Positions 1 through 12,229 of a stretch of DNA of 64,000 bases are shown in pieces; position 1 is the first letter of the stretch, and every line of letters begins with the position of its first letter. The translations under genes were made by a program, and so were the position numbers. Origin of the DNA: Gordius albopunctatus (lineage: Eukaryota); the NCBI GenBank assembly GCA_964276515.1, contig OZ193909.1, forward strand, positions 1,178,001 to 1,242,000, in the 5' to 3' direction. The notes under the pieces are model-generated. The model was not told where the DNA came from. It did not search any database and saw only the letters and a list, made by a program, of their open reading frames with translations.

Positions 1-85
1 AAATGGATTATATCAAAAGTCCTGTTCCGTCTAATGCTATGGGGGAACAAGTAGTTTTTACGAATGTGCCAAGATATTGTTCAAC

Positions 86-156
86 TAGCCTTGTAAAAAC
101 GACTGGCCTTTGTTTGCAGGTCGCCAAAACAAAGACCAGTCGTTTTTACAGCTCTA
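86..156. mobile_element. 71-bp hAT-type mini-MITE (almost entirely a hairpin)
   Basis: Inverted arms tgtaaaaacgactgg / ccagtcgtttttaca with TAG...CTA ends; perfect 8-bp TSD tgttcaac at 78-85 and 157-164. Confidence 0.8.
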
Positions 157-1958
157 TGTTCAACTGTCACATGACCCCTGAGGAGAGTCAATGAAGCTTT
201 GAACCCCGTGCGAGCTAACTGCGTGTGAACGCGCTCGCAAATTTAAAGCTGCCCATTGCCCTTTAGACCCAAACTAATGGAGCTTGAACTGGACTTGAGC
301 CACAGCAATAATAATAATGATTACTCTGTCGAGGAAAATTCATCCAGATAACTACTCTAAATTTTCTCATAGAACAAGTGTAAAAATCCATTTTTTAAAA
401 ATATTTCGCACCAATTACAACTACAATACCTCCGTAAAAAGGGCTGGGCTTTTGCCCGACCTGGCCGGCTCTGGTCTATTTTTCAAATTTCGACTAAGTA
501 TAGGGGTCCACTAAGAAAGAGAGACCAAAAAACCTTTGGTTTGTTTATGTATGATCGACTAAAGGCAAAGATCGACTAAAAAAAGTCCAACCGTTTATTT
601 GCAAAAAACTAGTCAAGTTTTCCGGGTGCCATCTACCCAACAACAAGTTAAAATAATTCCAGAGTAGTCCAACATAATAGGTGGTTAATAGATGATGACT
701 TTTGTGTCTAATGATGAGTTAAATAAAATCTATGATCGAAATTGTGGGTAAAGGAGGCATTGTTGTTAAGAAAAATATATTTTCCGCTGTAGATGTTCAT
801 ATATATATTTTTTAATAAAAATTTTAATTTAATTTAACATTTAGGGTTTTCAGAACTATATCCTATTATAGTGGTGGATCCATATCTGTCTCAAAAAAGT
901 CAATTTTCCAATCAGCTATCTAACTAATCAGGCAAAATGATTTTCAAAAATAACCAATAAAATGCATTCTAAGCTATAAATAAGTCATCTATATGCAAAG
1001 TTGTGTGTATGACCTAAATGTAGATAAATAATAGAAGCTGATTAAATTTATCTTCTAAGAAAGGATAGATTTTTATCATTTATACAAGAGATAGTGGTTG
1101 TATTGTAAACTATGTAGAACACTAATATAATATCATAATATATATAATTCATTGATCATATAATTTACTAAATTCTATCTCAACTTAATAAATAACTTGT
1201 AAAACTATCCCTTTTAAAGCTAAATTATATAAAAATTTAAGAATAAATCAAAAATTTTTTTAAATATTTTATACTATACCCAGGATATTAATCTTCTCTT
1301 GAACTTAATATATTTTGAAATTTAGATGAGGAATTGGGTTTAAATTTTTTTTAAATATTTCATTAAAAAGATAGTGTAAGGGTCGTCATACATTTAAAAT
1401 TAAAAAGTTGTGAAATGGGGCTTATTAACGTTTTACCTTTATATTTTTGTAATCCTGCATTAAAATTCACACAAAACAAAGTTTTTTAAATAAATAAGAG
1501 AGATTTTGAAATTTAGAAGCCATTTGAAAGAGATGCTAAAATCAAATATTCATAGTAAGCTGCAAATAAAGACAATAAGTTCACAAAAACAAGTTTAAAA
1601 AAATACATAACAATAAAAATAAAGTTTTAGGTAATTTTATAATAATTCAAAAATTAAACATTTTAAGCTCAATTAATAGCTTTCAAAGATGTTTATTAAC
1701 TTAGGAACATAAATTTTAAAAATAAAAAATTTCAAATCTATCAAATGCATCAAAATATTCTCCCTTTATACCTGCCCAATCATCTATTTTTATCTTACCA
1801 TTTGTTAATAAAAAATTTAAGATGTATACAATATAAATTAACATACTAACAATACATATAAATCTACTTTATTAAATTTATTAACAATTGAATCAGCAGG
1901 TGTTAATATCATTTTGTTTTAATTATAAAGTATCATTTATAAGATATTAACATCATAC

Positions 1959-2232
1959 CATATGATCCTAAGAACATCAATGTCAGCAATTGTGGATAAG
2001 TTTTCTCCAGTATTTTACAAAATTCTTTAAAAGATATCTTGCCCTTAGTAGGCAAAATATCTAATAGTTTTTCAATTTTAGTTTCATTTAAAGTTTCCTT
2101 CTCGATAAAAGCTATATCAGTATCATTCAAGATTCCTATCGATATTAAATTTTCTTTTATTTTGTCAATTTCAATCGATTTTATAAAACAATCTCTATAT
2201 TTTATTAATAGATCTTTATGCAAACACTCCAT
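1959..2232 (-). CDS. CARD-domain coding exon, probably the first exon of a larger gene (DLG5-like N-terminal CARD)
   Basis: Translation has a CARD pattern (L...R..L...I....I...L...GIL...I.....K...LLDIL..KG...F..F...LEKTYPQLL). The end resembles the DLG5 CARD end as I recall it. Donor G|GTATGA at 1959/1958. Downstream exons not resolved. Confidence 0.65.
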
Positions 2233-2759
2233 CACTTGCTAAACCACAAGTGCTCAAATCATATGTTTTCAACTATAGGTCATAATTTAAAAATTTAAAA
2301 ACTCAAAATTTATATATAAAAAATAAATTAAAATTAATTTTGAGTTCTAACATGGGCGTAGCCAGTTTTTGAAATCGGGGGGGGGGGGCAAAACTTTAAA
2401 AAGTTCAATTAGAGTGGGGCAAAACATAAATGTTGGATAACAATTGCCTTTGAAAACCAAGGTTGGTTAAACTAAGAAAGGTAATTGTTTTCCAACCTTT
2501 GGCTCTCTGGTTATAGATATTTATAACTAGGATATCTTGATTTAATATATCATTATATACAAAATTGGAAAATAAAAATCTCAAAATAAAAAGTCAAAGT
2601 TTTACTCTATAAACAATGGTTTTTCAAATATTGCTTAATCCCTTGGTTCACAACTGGCATTTTACCGAACGCCATTGACGCATCTGTATCCAATCCACAT
2701 GGACCCCGGCTATCCATCTCTTCTACGGACACCGCCTCCCCACGGACCTTACTTCTAAC

Positions 2760-3189
2760 TAGAGCCGTGCACGGGCCGTCCGAGGCCCGACCCGGCCCGA
2801 GTTCGGCCCAGCCCGACGGGCTTTCGGGCCGGGCTCGGGCAAATTTTAAACATTGATCGTGCCTCGGGCTTGGATCGGGCCTGATGGGCCAGCCAGACCT
2901 AGCAGTGAGCGAGCCTTTTCTACAGCTGGGCGAGCTTACGAAGAGAGAAGCACTTCGTTAAAACCCGAGAAATTAGACTCCACTTTATTTATTTACCATA
3001 ATTATTCATATTTTAAATCACATAATATTCGCGATACGTAATATATTTATAAATAAATTTGTGAAATAAAATTGGTACAAATTTACATTTTTACAAAAGT
3101 CGGGCCGGGCTCGGGTCGGGCCTGAGTGAATAAACAAATGGGACTCGTGTCGGGCTCGGGCCGATAAAATTCAATTTTGCAGGGCTCTA
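2760..3189. mobile_element. Non-autonomous hAT MITE (430 bp)
   Basis: TIRs tagagccgtgca / tgcagggctcta; subterminal ggcccga/tcgggcc repeats; 8-bp TSD cttctaac (2752-2759) vs cttctgac (3190-3197). Confidence 0.85.
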
Positions 3190-3342
3190 CTTCTGACACC
3201 TCTAATTAGTTTAAAGGATATTTATTTGAAGGTTGATAATTTGTTTCTGAATGTATTATTCAAGGTTTTATAATGTATTTTCAAATGTGAATCATATATA
3301 TTTTCACATAATTTTTTCAAGGATTCTACAATATGCCTGGGG

Positions 3343-5212
3343 TAGAGCTGTTAAGTAACTAGTTCCTTTTCTTCATTAAAGTAACTGTAAGCAGTTACTT
3401 TTAATTCAGAGGAATTGTAACTGTAGTTAGTTACAATAATTCATTAACCATTGACGTAAAGTTACAGTTACTTTTTATACAATTTAAAAATCATTTTTTG
3501 AATTTAATAATATAGTTACAAGTCTAGTTTGTGTCCATCGCTTTAAATTTAAATTTCCTTTGCGCAACAAATTTGAATTTCTTAGATAGATAATCCATCC
3601 CATCAGTTTATTACCAATATTATATAAAATATTATTTTAGTACAAATTAGTATTCATATCTGCAAAGTTTAAAACCCAAAATTCAAAAAATTGACGAATT
3701 GAAAATTTGGATTCAAGATTTTTATCTTATATTTATTTGCATGTAAAAATCTAATACTTGAATTATTTTGGCCATTTAAATTAATGTTTAATGAATTTTA
3801 ATTGATCCCCAATTGTATTGTAAAAAAGCCCCTTTTATATATGTGCAAAACCGATTTTTTAAACTTAAAATATCATATGACTTTTGCCCAAACTGTAAAT
3901 TTAAATTTAGATCATTAAGCCATTTGATAAACTACTATAATTCAATATTAATGAAGATTATTGAAATAATATTTTTAATTTATTATTTTAGTTTTGAACA
4001 AAAAAATTTAAAAAATATATGTGCAAAAATTTTATATTAAATATTATCTTTTAGCAGGTAGAACATTAGATAATAATTTAATGAAAGGTTTGGTATTTAA
4101 AATTTTGGCCATTCAAAAATAATGTTATGAATAATTGTTGATATTTTTTTCCAGTTGTTTAATAAAAATGGTCCTTTCTTTAAATATGTGCAAAAGATAT
4201 TTTCATCACCTATAGTGTCATATGATTTTTGACGAAACTAAAGATCTAAATTTTTGTAATTAAGCCGTATGATAAATTAATTATAAATATAATATAATAC
4301 AATATTAATGAAGGTTAGGGAAATAATGTATTCTTTAATTATCTAATTTGTATTATTTTATTTTCACATGGAAATCCAAGAGAAAACCCCCTGGCCCTTT
4401 TCTAATAATTACTTTTCTTTAAAGAAAACAAGAAGATGATATTTCTATGCAAATTGTGAGCCCTAAAGTAAATACCACTGCAAATTTATGGTAGCATATA
4501 ATAGTTACTATTTAAACCTTGATGATTAATTTATAGGGAATACATACCCACAATTACAAAAAAAAATCAAGGATAATAAGTCAAGAGGGAGTCAGCAAAC
4601 GAAATAGACAACTACTTTTACCTCTAGTAAAGTTAGAGTGGATAATGCCTTATTATTCTTTATTATAAATCCACTCTTTAAAACAAGTTGGCTGTGGATC
4701 CGTCAAAAATAAGAGAGAAGAGACTTTAAATTACATTCATTCATTGATTCCTAACCAGGAGCGAAGACAGGATCTAGACCTAATGCGTTAGATATTTTGA
4801 ATCTTTCAAAGGCGGAAAGTATTCAAGATTGCATTCACACTCTTATAAATTCGAATGATAATGATATGATACTACGTAATAATCTCCCTAATTTGAAGAA
4901 ACTTTTTATTAATTTCAATGTACCCCTACCATCTTTTTATTCTTGGTAAACTATTATTCAGTGAAAAGGGGACCAGCTTATTAGATGACATAACGTTTTA
5001 TTGAAATCGAATCATCATTTATTACCCTCCGATTTTTATACAAAAAATGTTTACATAAATAATATTAAAAAATATCGTTTTTTCAAATTTATTAGAGTAA
5101 CTTCAGGTATAACTAGTTCCATCAGGTAAGTAACTGGAACTGTAATTAGTTACATTTTTTGTGAAAGTAACTGTAAACTAGTTACTGTGGTAAGGTAACT
5201 TTAACAGCTCTA
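3343..5212 (+). mobile_element. Internally decayed hAT element (1.87 kb)
   Basis: TIRs tagagctgttaa / ttaacagctcta; gtaact/agttac subterminal repeats; TSD gcctgggg (3335-3342) vs gccttggg (5213-5220). Transposase C-terminal remnants IINPLFKTSW (~4660) and NLKKLFINFNVPLPS (~4890). Degenerate internal duplication ~3770-4000 / ~4100-4340. Confidence 0.8.
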
Positions 5213-6763
5213 GCCTTGGGTAATTTTTTTCGTGGGTAGATATATTAATTTTTTTAGAAGGAGGAAACGGGGTTGTATATTTCTTTTGTATGTTTTTTAT
5301 TTTATTTTTATCGACGAGGCTAGCTAGTGTATGAGCAGATGGTGCGCCTCTTGGCTCATGTGTCCTTAATTAATCAAAGGGTAATTAAGAAAAATTGTGC
5401 AAGGATTCCACACCTTCCCATAGTGGGATGTAAATAAATCTAGTTTGGTGCTGTGGGCGAATTCGTTGTATTTAAACAGATGCACGCACATCCAGGTAAG
5501 TAGTGTTATTATTGGATGAGTCGAGGTACAATATTCGCGTCAAAGTTCGGGCTACAGTCTAACCCTAATCCCATTTGACAGAGATTCGGGGGGAGTAGGT
5601 AGAAATCCGTACTCAAGTCAAGTCCTCATCTTTCAACGGTCATGGTGGCAATCTGGTCTAGATTCAGGGCCTCAAAGCTCTTTTAACTACGCGTAGGTTC
5701 GTCCACCCCTCGACCTGGGACTATTGGATCTTTGGTTTGAGGGTTAGGGTACATAAGGCGTACATGCCTTGCTTTGCCCCAGCATTTCTTATCCTTAACG
5801 ATGCCATCTCGGAGATCAACATTATTTTTCAAGTTAGGCCGCTGTGGCTATCGTTTCCCTGCAGGCCAGGACCTTGCAGCCGTTCGCCATAATTTTGAAA
5901 CACATCGGTGTTGAAACGAGATGCATTAGATTAACCACCGGTGTATTGAAAATATTAATACTAGTTACCATGACGACTTTGAAAATTATTACTATCTTTC
6001 CAATTGTAAAAGCTATAAAATGTTAAAAAGCGCCCTAATCTTATTTAAAGGACACACTTGAAATTAGAAAATTATGGTGGGTGTATCTAAAAATTAAAAT
6101 AGGCTTAAGAGCATTAATTAGCTACATCATTAAGAAGACGTGATTCATTGAAAAATAATGTCAATTTATCCCCATCCCATATCCTAAATAAATATGTCAA
6201 ACGGATATGACTTTTTAGTTAAAAAGGAAGTTCTTTTATGCGTGCTTCAACGTGAATTTAGTCCCCTGTTTTATACATATCACCTTTGCCTATTTTTGTT
6301 TATAATTTCCCTCATTGGTTGAATATCCATTTTTATTTTGGACAGTGATTTGTGATCAAGCTTTGAGTATCACAGAGTCAAGCCTATCCGCTTTCTCGCC
6401 AAGGCCTTTATTAATTTGAGCAGGCGCTTAGCCAGGATTTTCACCAGGGAGGGGGAGGAAATCTGGCAAAAATTTTATTCCCATTTTATATGTAATTAAA
6501 AGTAAAACTTAAACAACCAAAAATGCCTGGCTCGCTGCTGGGCCCACAAAGGGTCCGGCAGGCTACCGTTGTAAATTGAGATTATTAATATTATATAGAT
6601 AGAGGAACATTATAATAATCGCTTAGTTATCTACTTCTTGGGGCGGTCTGGTGTTTTCACGGGAAATACATTTTCAAGCAAGTTTTTTGTCATAGCAATT
6701 TTCACAATAATATTCGGAAATTTTACAACGCCTTTTGTCTAAAATTAAATTAAAAAATAGATA

Positions 6764-7675
6764 TTAATTTCTATGCAATTTATGGGCTCGTTTTTTGTTT
6801 TCCGTCCGTCCGTTGTACGTCCGTCCTTCCAACGTTCTTACTTGCTGGTTCGATACCCGGAGAAGACAATTTTTTTTGATTAAATTAATATTTTGTTCTT
6901 GCTAATAATATTGATAATATGACTTTTTGACCGTGTCTTGGCGACTGACCAATGAAAAAAATGGCCATTGGCCAAATTGTGAATCGAAATTTTTTTCGTT
7001 TTTGAATTAGTATATTAGGTTGACATTGATAAATACCCTATGCCCCCCCCTACAAGGGCATATGCCTCTACTGATATGGGTCCCTGTGACCCTACAAAGA
7101 CTTATGCCTCTACTGATGTGGGTTCGAATCCCGGCGAGGGCAATTTTTTTTTATTATTCAATTGATGTATTGTTCTTGTTAATACCATTGATAATATGAC
7201 TTTTTGGCCGTCCGCTGGCTACTGACCAATAAAAAAATGACCATTAGCCAAAGTGAGATTAAAATCGATTTTTTTTCTTGATTATAATTATAGGCTAGTT
7301 ATTTGGCTGTCTGCTAACCATTAAAAAAGATCATCACTGGCCAAAGTGATGGAAAATTTGTATAAATAATTAACTAATCATTTTGCATTTAATACCTCCC
7401 TATAGGCATTCTCGCCCCTTCCTACCTTTCTCGCCCATAAATTGCATAGCAAATATGCTACTTTTATACGGAGTATTGTAATTTACCTTTTTCTTAATTA
7501 TTTATAATGGTTGCTGGACGACCCACCTTCTCATTTTATCATTCCTAAATTACCATTATTGGAAACAAATTCTATACTATATAATTGATTGGTATTACAT
7601 AATTATAATAATAGATGAGTTTAGTTCCCCCTTCCCTTTCCGCCTTCCCACGAGGGCCGAAGGCCCGAGTTTATT
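6764..7675 (+). mobile_element. DINE-1/HINE-like (Helentron-associated) non-autonomous element
   Basis: 5' subTIR ctatgcaatttatgggc, then a (TCCG)n microsatellite; inverted subTIR gcccataaattgcatagc at 7433-7450; 3' GC hairpin gggcc-gaa-ggccc at 7654-7666 followed by T-rich sequence. Same architecture as 57824-59485. Confidence 0.7.
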
Positions 7676-8300
7676 CTTTGTACATCATATTATAGATCTG
7701 GAATGCAGATCATTAAATCATTTACAAATTTTGATTACATGAATCATCAATTATTACACATATAAAAATTTTGCTTTATAGTTTTTTAAATAATTTGAAC
7801 AATTTAAAATTTACATCAAGCTAAAATAAAATAAAACTTAATTTTTAAGGGTCAATAATTTTTAGAGGACAATTGATTAATATGTTAGGCTCGTAAAATT
7901 TATATGTAGTTAAAAATTATATATAGAAAACCTATAATGTTAAATCTAATACTAATGTTTTATAGCTTGTAGAAAATATAGTATAGATGGCGCTAATATT
8001 ACTTTTAACGATATTATATTTTTTCCTTATAGATGTAGAAGTTCTACACAAGTTTAAATGTTTTTAATGTAGTTTAATTTATCTTTATCTTAACATAAGT
8101 TTACTTTTGTTTGGGCCTCTGTAAGCTTATATTTGCTTGATATAAATTTATAAAATAAATAATAAAATCCAGCGAAATAAATAGCGCTTAGGTAAATTAG
8201 CTCGCTACTTACTAGTAATATTTTCCATGTTAAGTGTTTGCATAGACATTTCGACATTTAAATTTTTCTCGAATGGATCAATACGGGTCTTATTATAGTA

Positions 8301-8345
8301 CTAGCTGTGACCAACCAAGCGTTGCTTTGGCTCAGTCCTTAATTA
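8301..8345 (-). mobile_element. Helitron-type 3' terminus
   Basis: Minus strand reads ccaaagcaacgcttgg (imperfect hairpin) + ttggtcacag + CTAG|T. Same orientation as the RepHel remnant at 16026-17760. Confidence 0.55.
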
Positions 8346-8859
8346 GGTAAATAATTAGTATGAATTAATAAAACATTTGTGAAAAATTTTGGGTCAATCC
8401 TTTATGATGTAAAAAAATAGATTTGTAATAGTTTAATAAGGTATTTGTTAATTTTATATGTTGAAAAGTGTGATGTTAACGATAATGTGCATATTTGGGT
8501 AACAAAAATTTATAAAGCACTGCAATGGTGTATAAAAGTTAGTTATAATGTTAGACAATGTATAGAAAATAGTTTAGTGCAGCGTTTATAGTAGTGTAAT
8601 GTCATAGCCTAAAATCTATAGTATCAAAATGAAGAGATATTAAAAGATCTCCTACAAATTTGGTTAAATGAAGCCTTTCATAATATTTGGTTGGAATGAG
8701 AAATAATCATTAGAAATTATACAAATTTAAGCGAGTATAATGGAAGCGAAATATTAACATACGAGAAAAAAAGTCAGAAATATAGTTATACATAGTAAAA
8801 CATTGATCAAGTGAAGGTGTTATAGGTGAGGTATGATTATAATAAAAACCAGTATAAAG

Positions 8860-11800
8860 ATAATGGCTTAATTTTCTTTTTGTTTGTTCTAATCCATATG
8901 CTTATCATTATCAAGTATCAAGCTATCCTCCTCATGGAATTCTTCTCAATTATGCAAAACAAACGGAATCCTTTGCTTATTTACCTAGAAACCCTTCACA
9001 GTATTTCACATCACTTATATCCCTATTTTATTAACATTCATAGTTCTTCTTACAACACATATTTAGGCCTTGATTTATATACATAAAAATAAATATTAAA
9101 CATAAGTCCACATACAATGCAACAATCACTTTTTCCATAAACATATTACCCTTAAAATGTCCAGAGGATTTTTATTAATCTAATATCTATATATTTTATA
9201 TATACCTTAATAATGTTTCACCATCTGCCTTAATACCTAAAATAAGTTAAAAATGGATTTAGCTAAATCCTTTTGTTGTACATGCAAAAAACTTGTTAGC
9301 CTCAAAAAAAATAACTGTTTTATAATACATGGTCACCCTTCTGCTCGTTGTATCTCCTCTGGGAAAATCCCACCTACTAGCCCTCTTATTCCACCTCTTG
9401 CCTCCTTGCTCGTCCAACTCAGATCCTCAATCCCTAGACAGCCCTATTATCACCACTTCTTTGGACTATTATTGGAGTGATTCATTTTTAGCCTTAACCT
9501 TCCGCAACACTATTTCAAGAATCCCTAGGGGTGCTCGCCCGGCTACTCAACAGTTTTTAATCAATCTTATAACTTCCATTACAAACTCTCCCTCAAATCT
9601 TACTAACTGGGATAAACTTTTCAGGCTTACCTTTCACACCTTATATGTAAGAGGACCCAACGTTGAAAATCTGTCCAAACATATTAAAGACTCCTTTTGA
9701 AATTACAATATCGATAATATTTTTAAAAATACCCCCCAGCACAAACAATCCCCAAACTCTTCCACTGTCAATCAAACTGCTAAACAAATTTCTAAAAAAA
9801 ATTGATAACTTTAACCCCAAAAGTGCTCTAAGAATATTTTATGACAATGACTTAATTGCTCCTTACTCCCTTGATTCATACCAACAACTTAAATATACAC
9901 ATCCCCCATCCTCATCGGAAAACCGACTCCCTACCTCAGCCTCTTCCATAAAACTAGACTCTTCCGACATTCGGGAAGCCATCAATTCCTTTCCCATTCC
10001 CATCAACTCTGCAGCAGGCCTTGACGGTTTCCGCACAAGACCTGATTAACTTCCAAAACGTGAGCGCTGCAATTTTACTCAACTCTATAACGTCCCTATG
10101 CAATTTAATTGTCAACGGTAATATTCCTACCGAAATTGTCCCTATATTGTTCCGCGCTAAACTCATCGCTATCAAAAAACCTGATAATTCGGTAAGACCC
10201 ATTGCTATTGTCAGTGTTTTCCGACGTATTATATCAAAACTCATTTGTAAGACAATCAAATCCAGTTTAAGTGACAAGTTAATTCCTCATCAATTAGGAT
10301 TTGGGGTTAAAGGCGGCTATGAGGCTGCCAGTCACGCTGCGAGGATAAGTCTTCAACATATTCCCTCCAATCACTGCATGGTTAAACTAGACTTTGCCAA
10401 TGCATTCAATAATATTCGTCGAGAATCGATAATAAATTCCTTCGTTGATGAGTTCCCAAAGTTTTCAAATTACATCAGTTTAAGTTACGGTTGCATATCA
10501 AAACTAAAGTTTTGGGACTTTTTAATTGAATCGGGAGAAGGTATTCAACAGTGTGACCCTCTAAGTCCACCTTTGTTTTGTCTAGGGATCAAAAATTCAA
10601 CCGAATCTCTCTCAAACCAATGCTCCATATTATTAAAAGTCTGGTACCTAGACGATGGCACCTTATGCGGCCCTCCGGAAGAAATATCCAATGCCATTCT
10701 TTTAATCCGAGATCATGAAGCTACCATAAACCTGAAATTGAATATCTCTAAATGTGAGATATATCAGTGCCCGGATACAGATATATTTCCCATTTTTAAG
10801 CCTTTTTTAAAAGTTGAAATGAAGAGTTTAACTCATCTAGGCTCTCCAATAGATGGACAAATTGCCTTAAAATAGTTTTTACATAGTCACCTATCAACTC
10901 TTCCCTCGAAGATGGAAATTCTCAATACCCTCCCAAAACATCACGCATTTTATATCATTAAAAATTATTTTAATATCTCAAAAATTCAACACTGCTTCCG
11001 GTCATCATCAGCTTTTTTATTACCCGATATTTTAAAAAGCTACGGTAGCTTTATGAAAAACACGCTAGAAGCCATCCTTAATATCAAATTCAGCACTTCT
11101 TTGTGGCTCCAAGCCTCATTACCTACTAAAGCTGGCGGCTTAGGCATACGCCCAGCTACCTCAATTTCATTAGCAGCCTTTATCTCGTATAAATCCGCGC
11201 AAGGTTTGATCGACCGATTAATCACAACAAGCGAGGACCCATCGTTTGTACAAGCTCTAGATGTCTGGTCTGCCAACGTCAACCCAGGGACCCCCTTCCC
11301 CATAACCTTAAGACAAAAGGATTGGGATGCTGGCCTCGTTTCGCGCTCCGTTGATTACCTCTTGTCGAGTTGCGACGCCCGCCAGCACTTCAACCTTAAA
11401 TCTTTGGTTTTTGACGGATCGGGTCACGAGTGGCTAGAAGCTTATCCTAGTTCACTTTCTGGACTGATGTTGAAGGACCCAGAGCTTGCATACTCCATCG
11501 CCCTCAGACTAGGAATTCCCTATTCAAAGGAATATTCCTACCGCAACTGCTCCCAGAACGTAGACATTTATGCAAGGTACCCCCTACACTGCCTTTACAA
11601 TGAAATTAAATACACAAGGCACGAAAAAGTGAATAGCCTTATCCAAGCCGCTCTTAAAAAAGCCAATATCCCGCCCGTTTTAGAGCCGTCTGACCCTTCG
11701 TTAGAGGGAAGGATGCGACCAGGCGTCTCTACCCTCATCCCTTGGCAAAATGGTCTAACCCTTAAATGTGATTTCACCTGCATAGACATTTTCGCCCCCT

Positions 11801-12200
11801 CTAACCAGAACTACAATCCTCTGACCCTCGCCGAACACCGCAAAACGGTAAAATACCAGGCCCTCCTACCCTCTAATAATCTTTACCCCTATCGTTGCCT
11901 CATGTTCTGGGACTTTTGGTCCTGCCGCCATCAAGCTTTTTAAAGATATCAGCCGTCGCTGTACGCCCTCTAAATATTCCACAAATTTTTTACTTAAACA
12001 AAAAATTGGTATTTTAATAGCAAAGTACAATTTTAAATCCATGGCCGACAGCTTGCCACTTTTATTAGATGATACATGCGACGCTTTTTAATTTTTTATT
12101 TTTATTTTGTTTTATTCCCACTCTTATATTTTTCGAATTTTAACACTTAGTTTTTTATAACGTTCTTACATTCAAATAAACAATACATACATTAAAAAAA
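8860..12200 (+). mobile_element. CRE-clade-like non-LTR retrotransposon (RT + restriction-like endonuclease), disabled
   Basis: Broken ORF 9253-12091 with N-terminal CxxC..HG..C, VRPIAI, KLDFANAFN, GIQQCDPLSP, WYLDD, QASLP..GGLG, RH, and a degenerate RPD/D..K..KY endonuclease. AATAAA and poly(A) at ~12175-12200. Candidate TSD agtataaag at 8851-8859 and 12201-12209. Confidence 0.85.
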
Positions 12201-12229
12201 AGTATAAAGTAAAAAATTGATATAATAAG

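Noticed and set aside
92..108. Resemblance to the M13 forward primer (tgtaaaaacgactggcc)
   Set aside because: Imperfect match, mirrored at 136-150 and bounded by a TSD; it is a MITE arm, not vector.
172..215. Possible hammerhead ribozyme (ctgagga...gaa)
   Set aside because: No intact GAAA, and no stem III or stem I partner found.
5488..5502. U1 snRNA-like acttacctgg on the minus strand
   Set aside because: The remaining U1 sequence and Sm site are absent.
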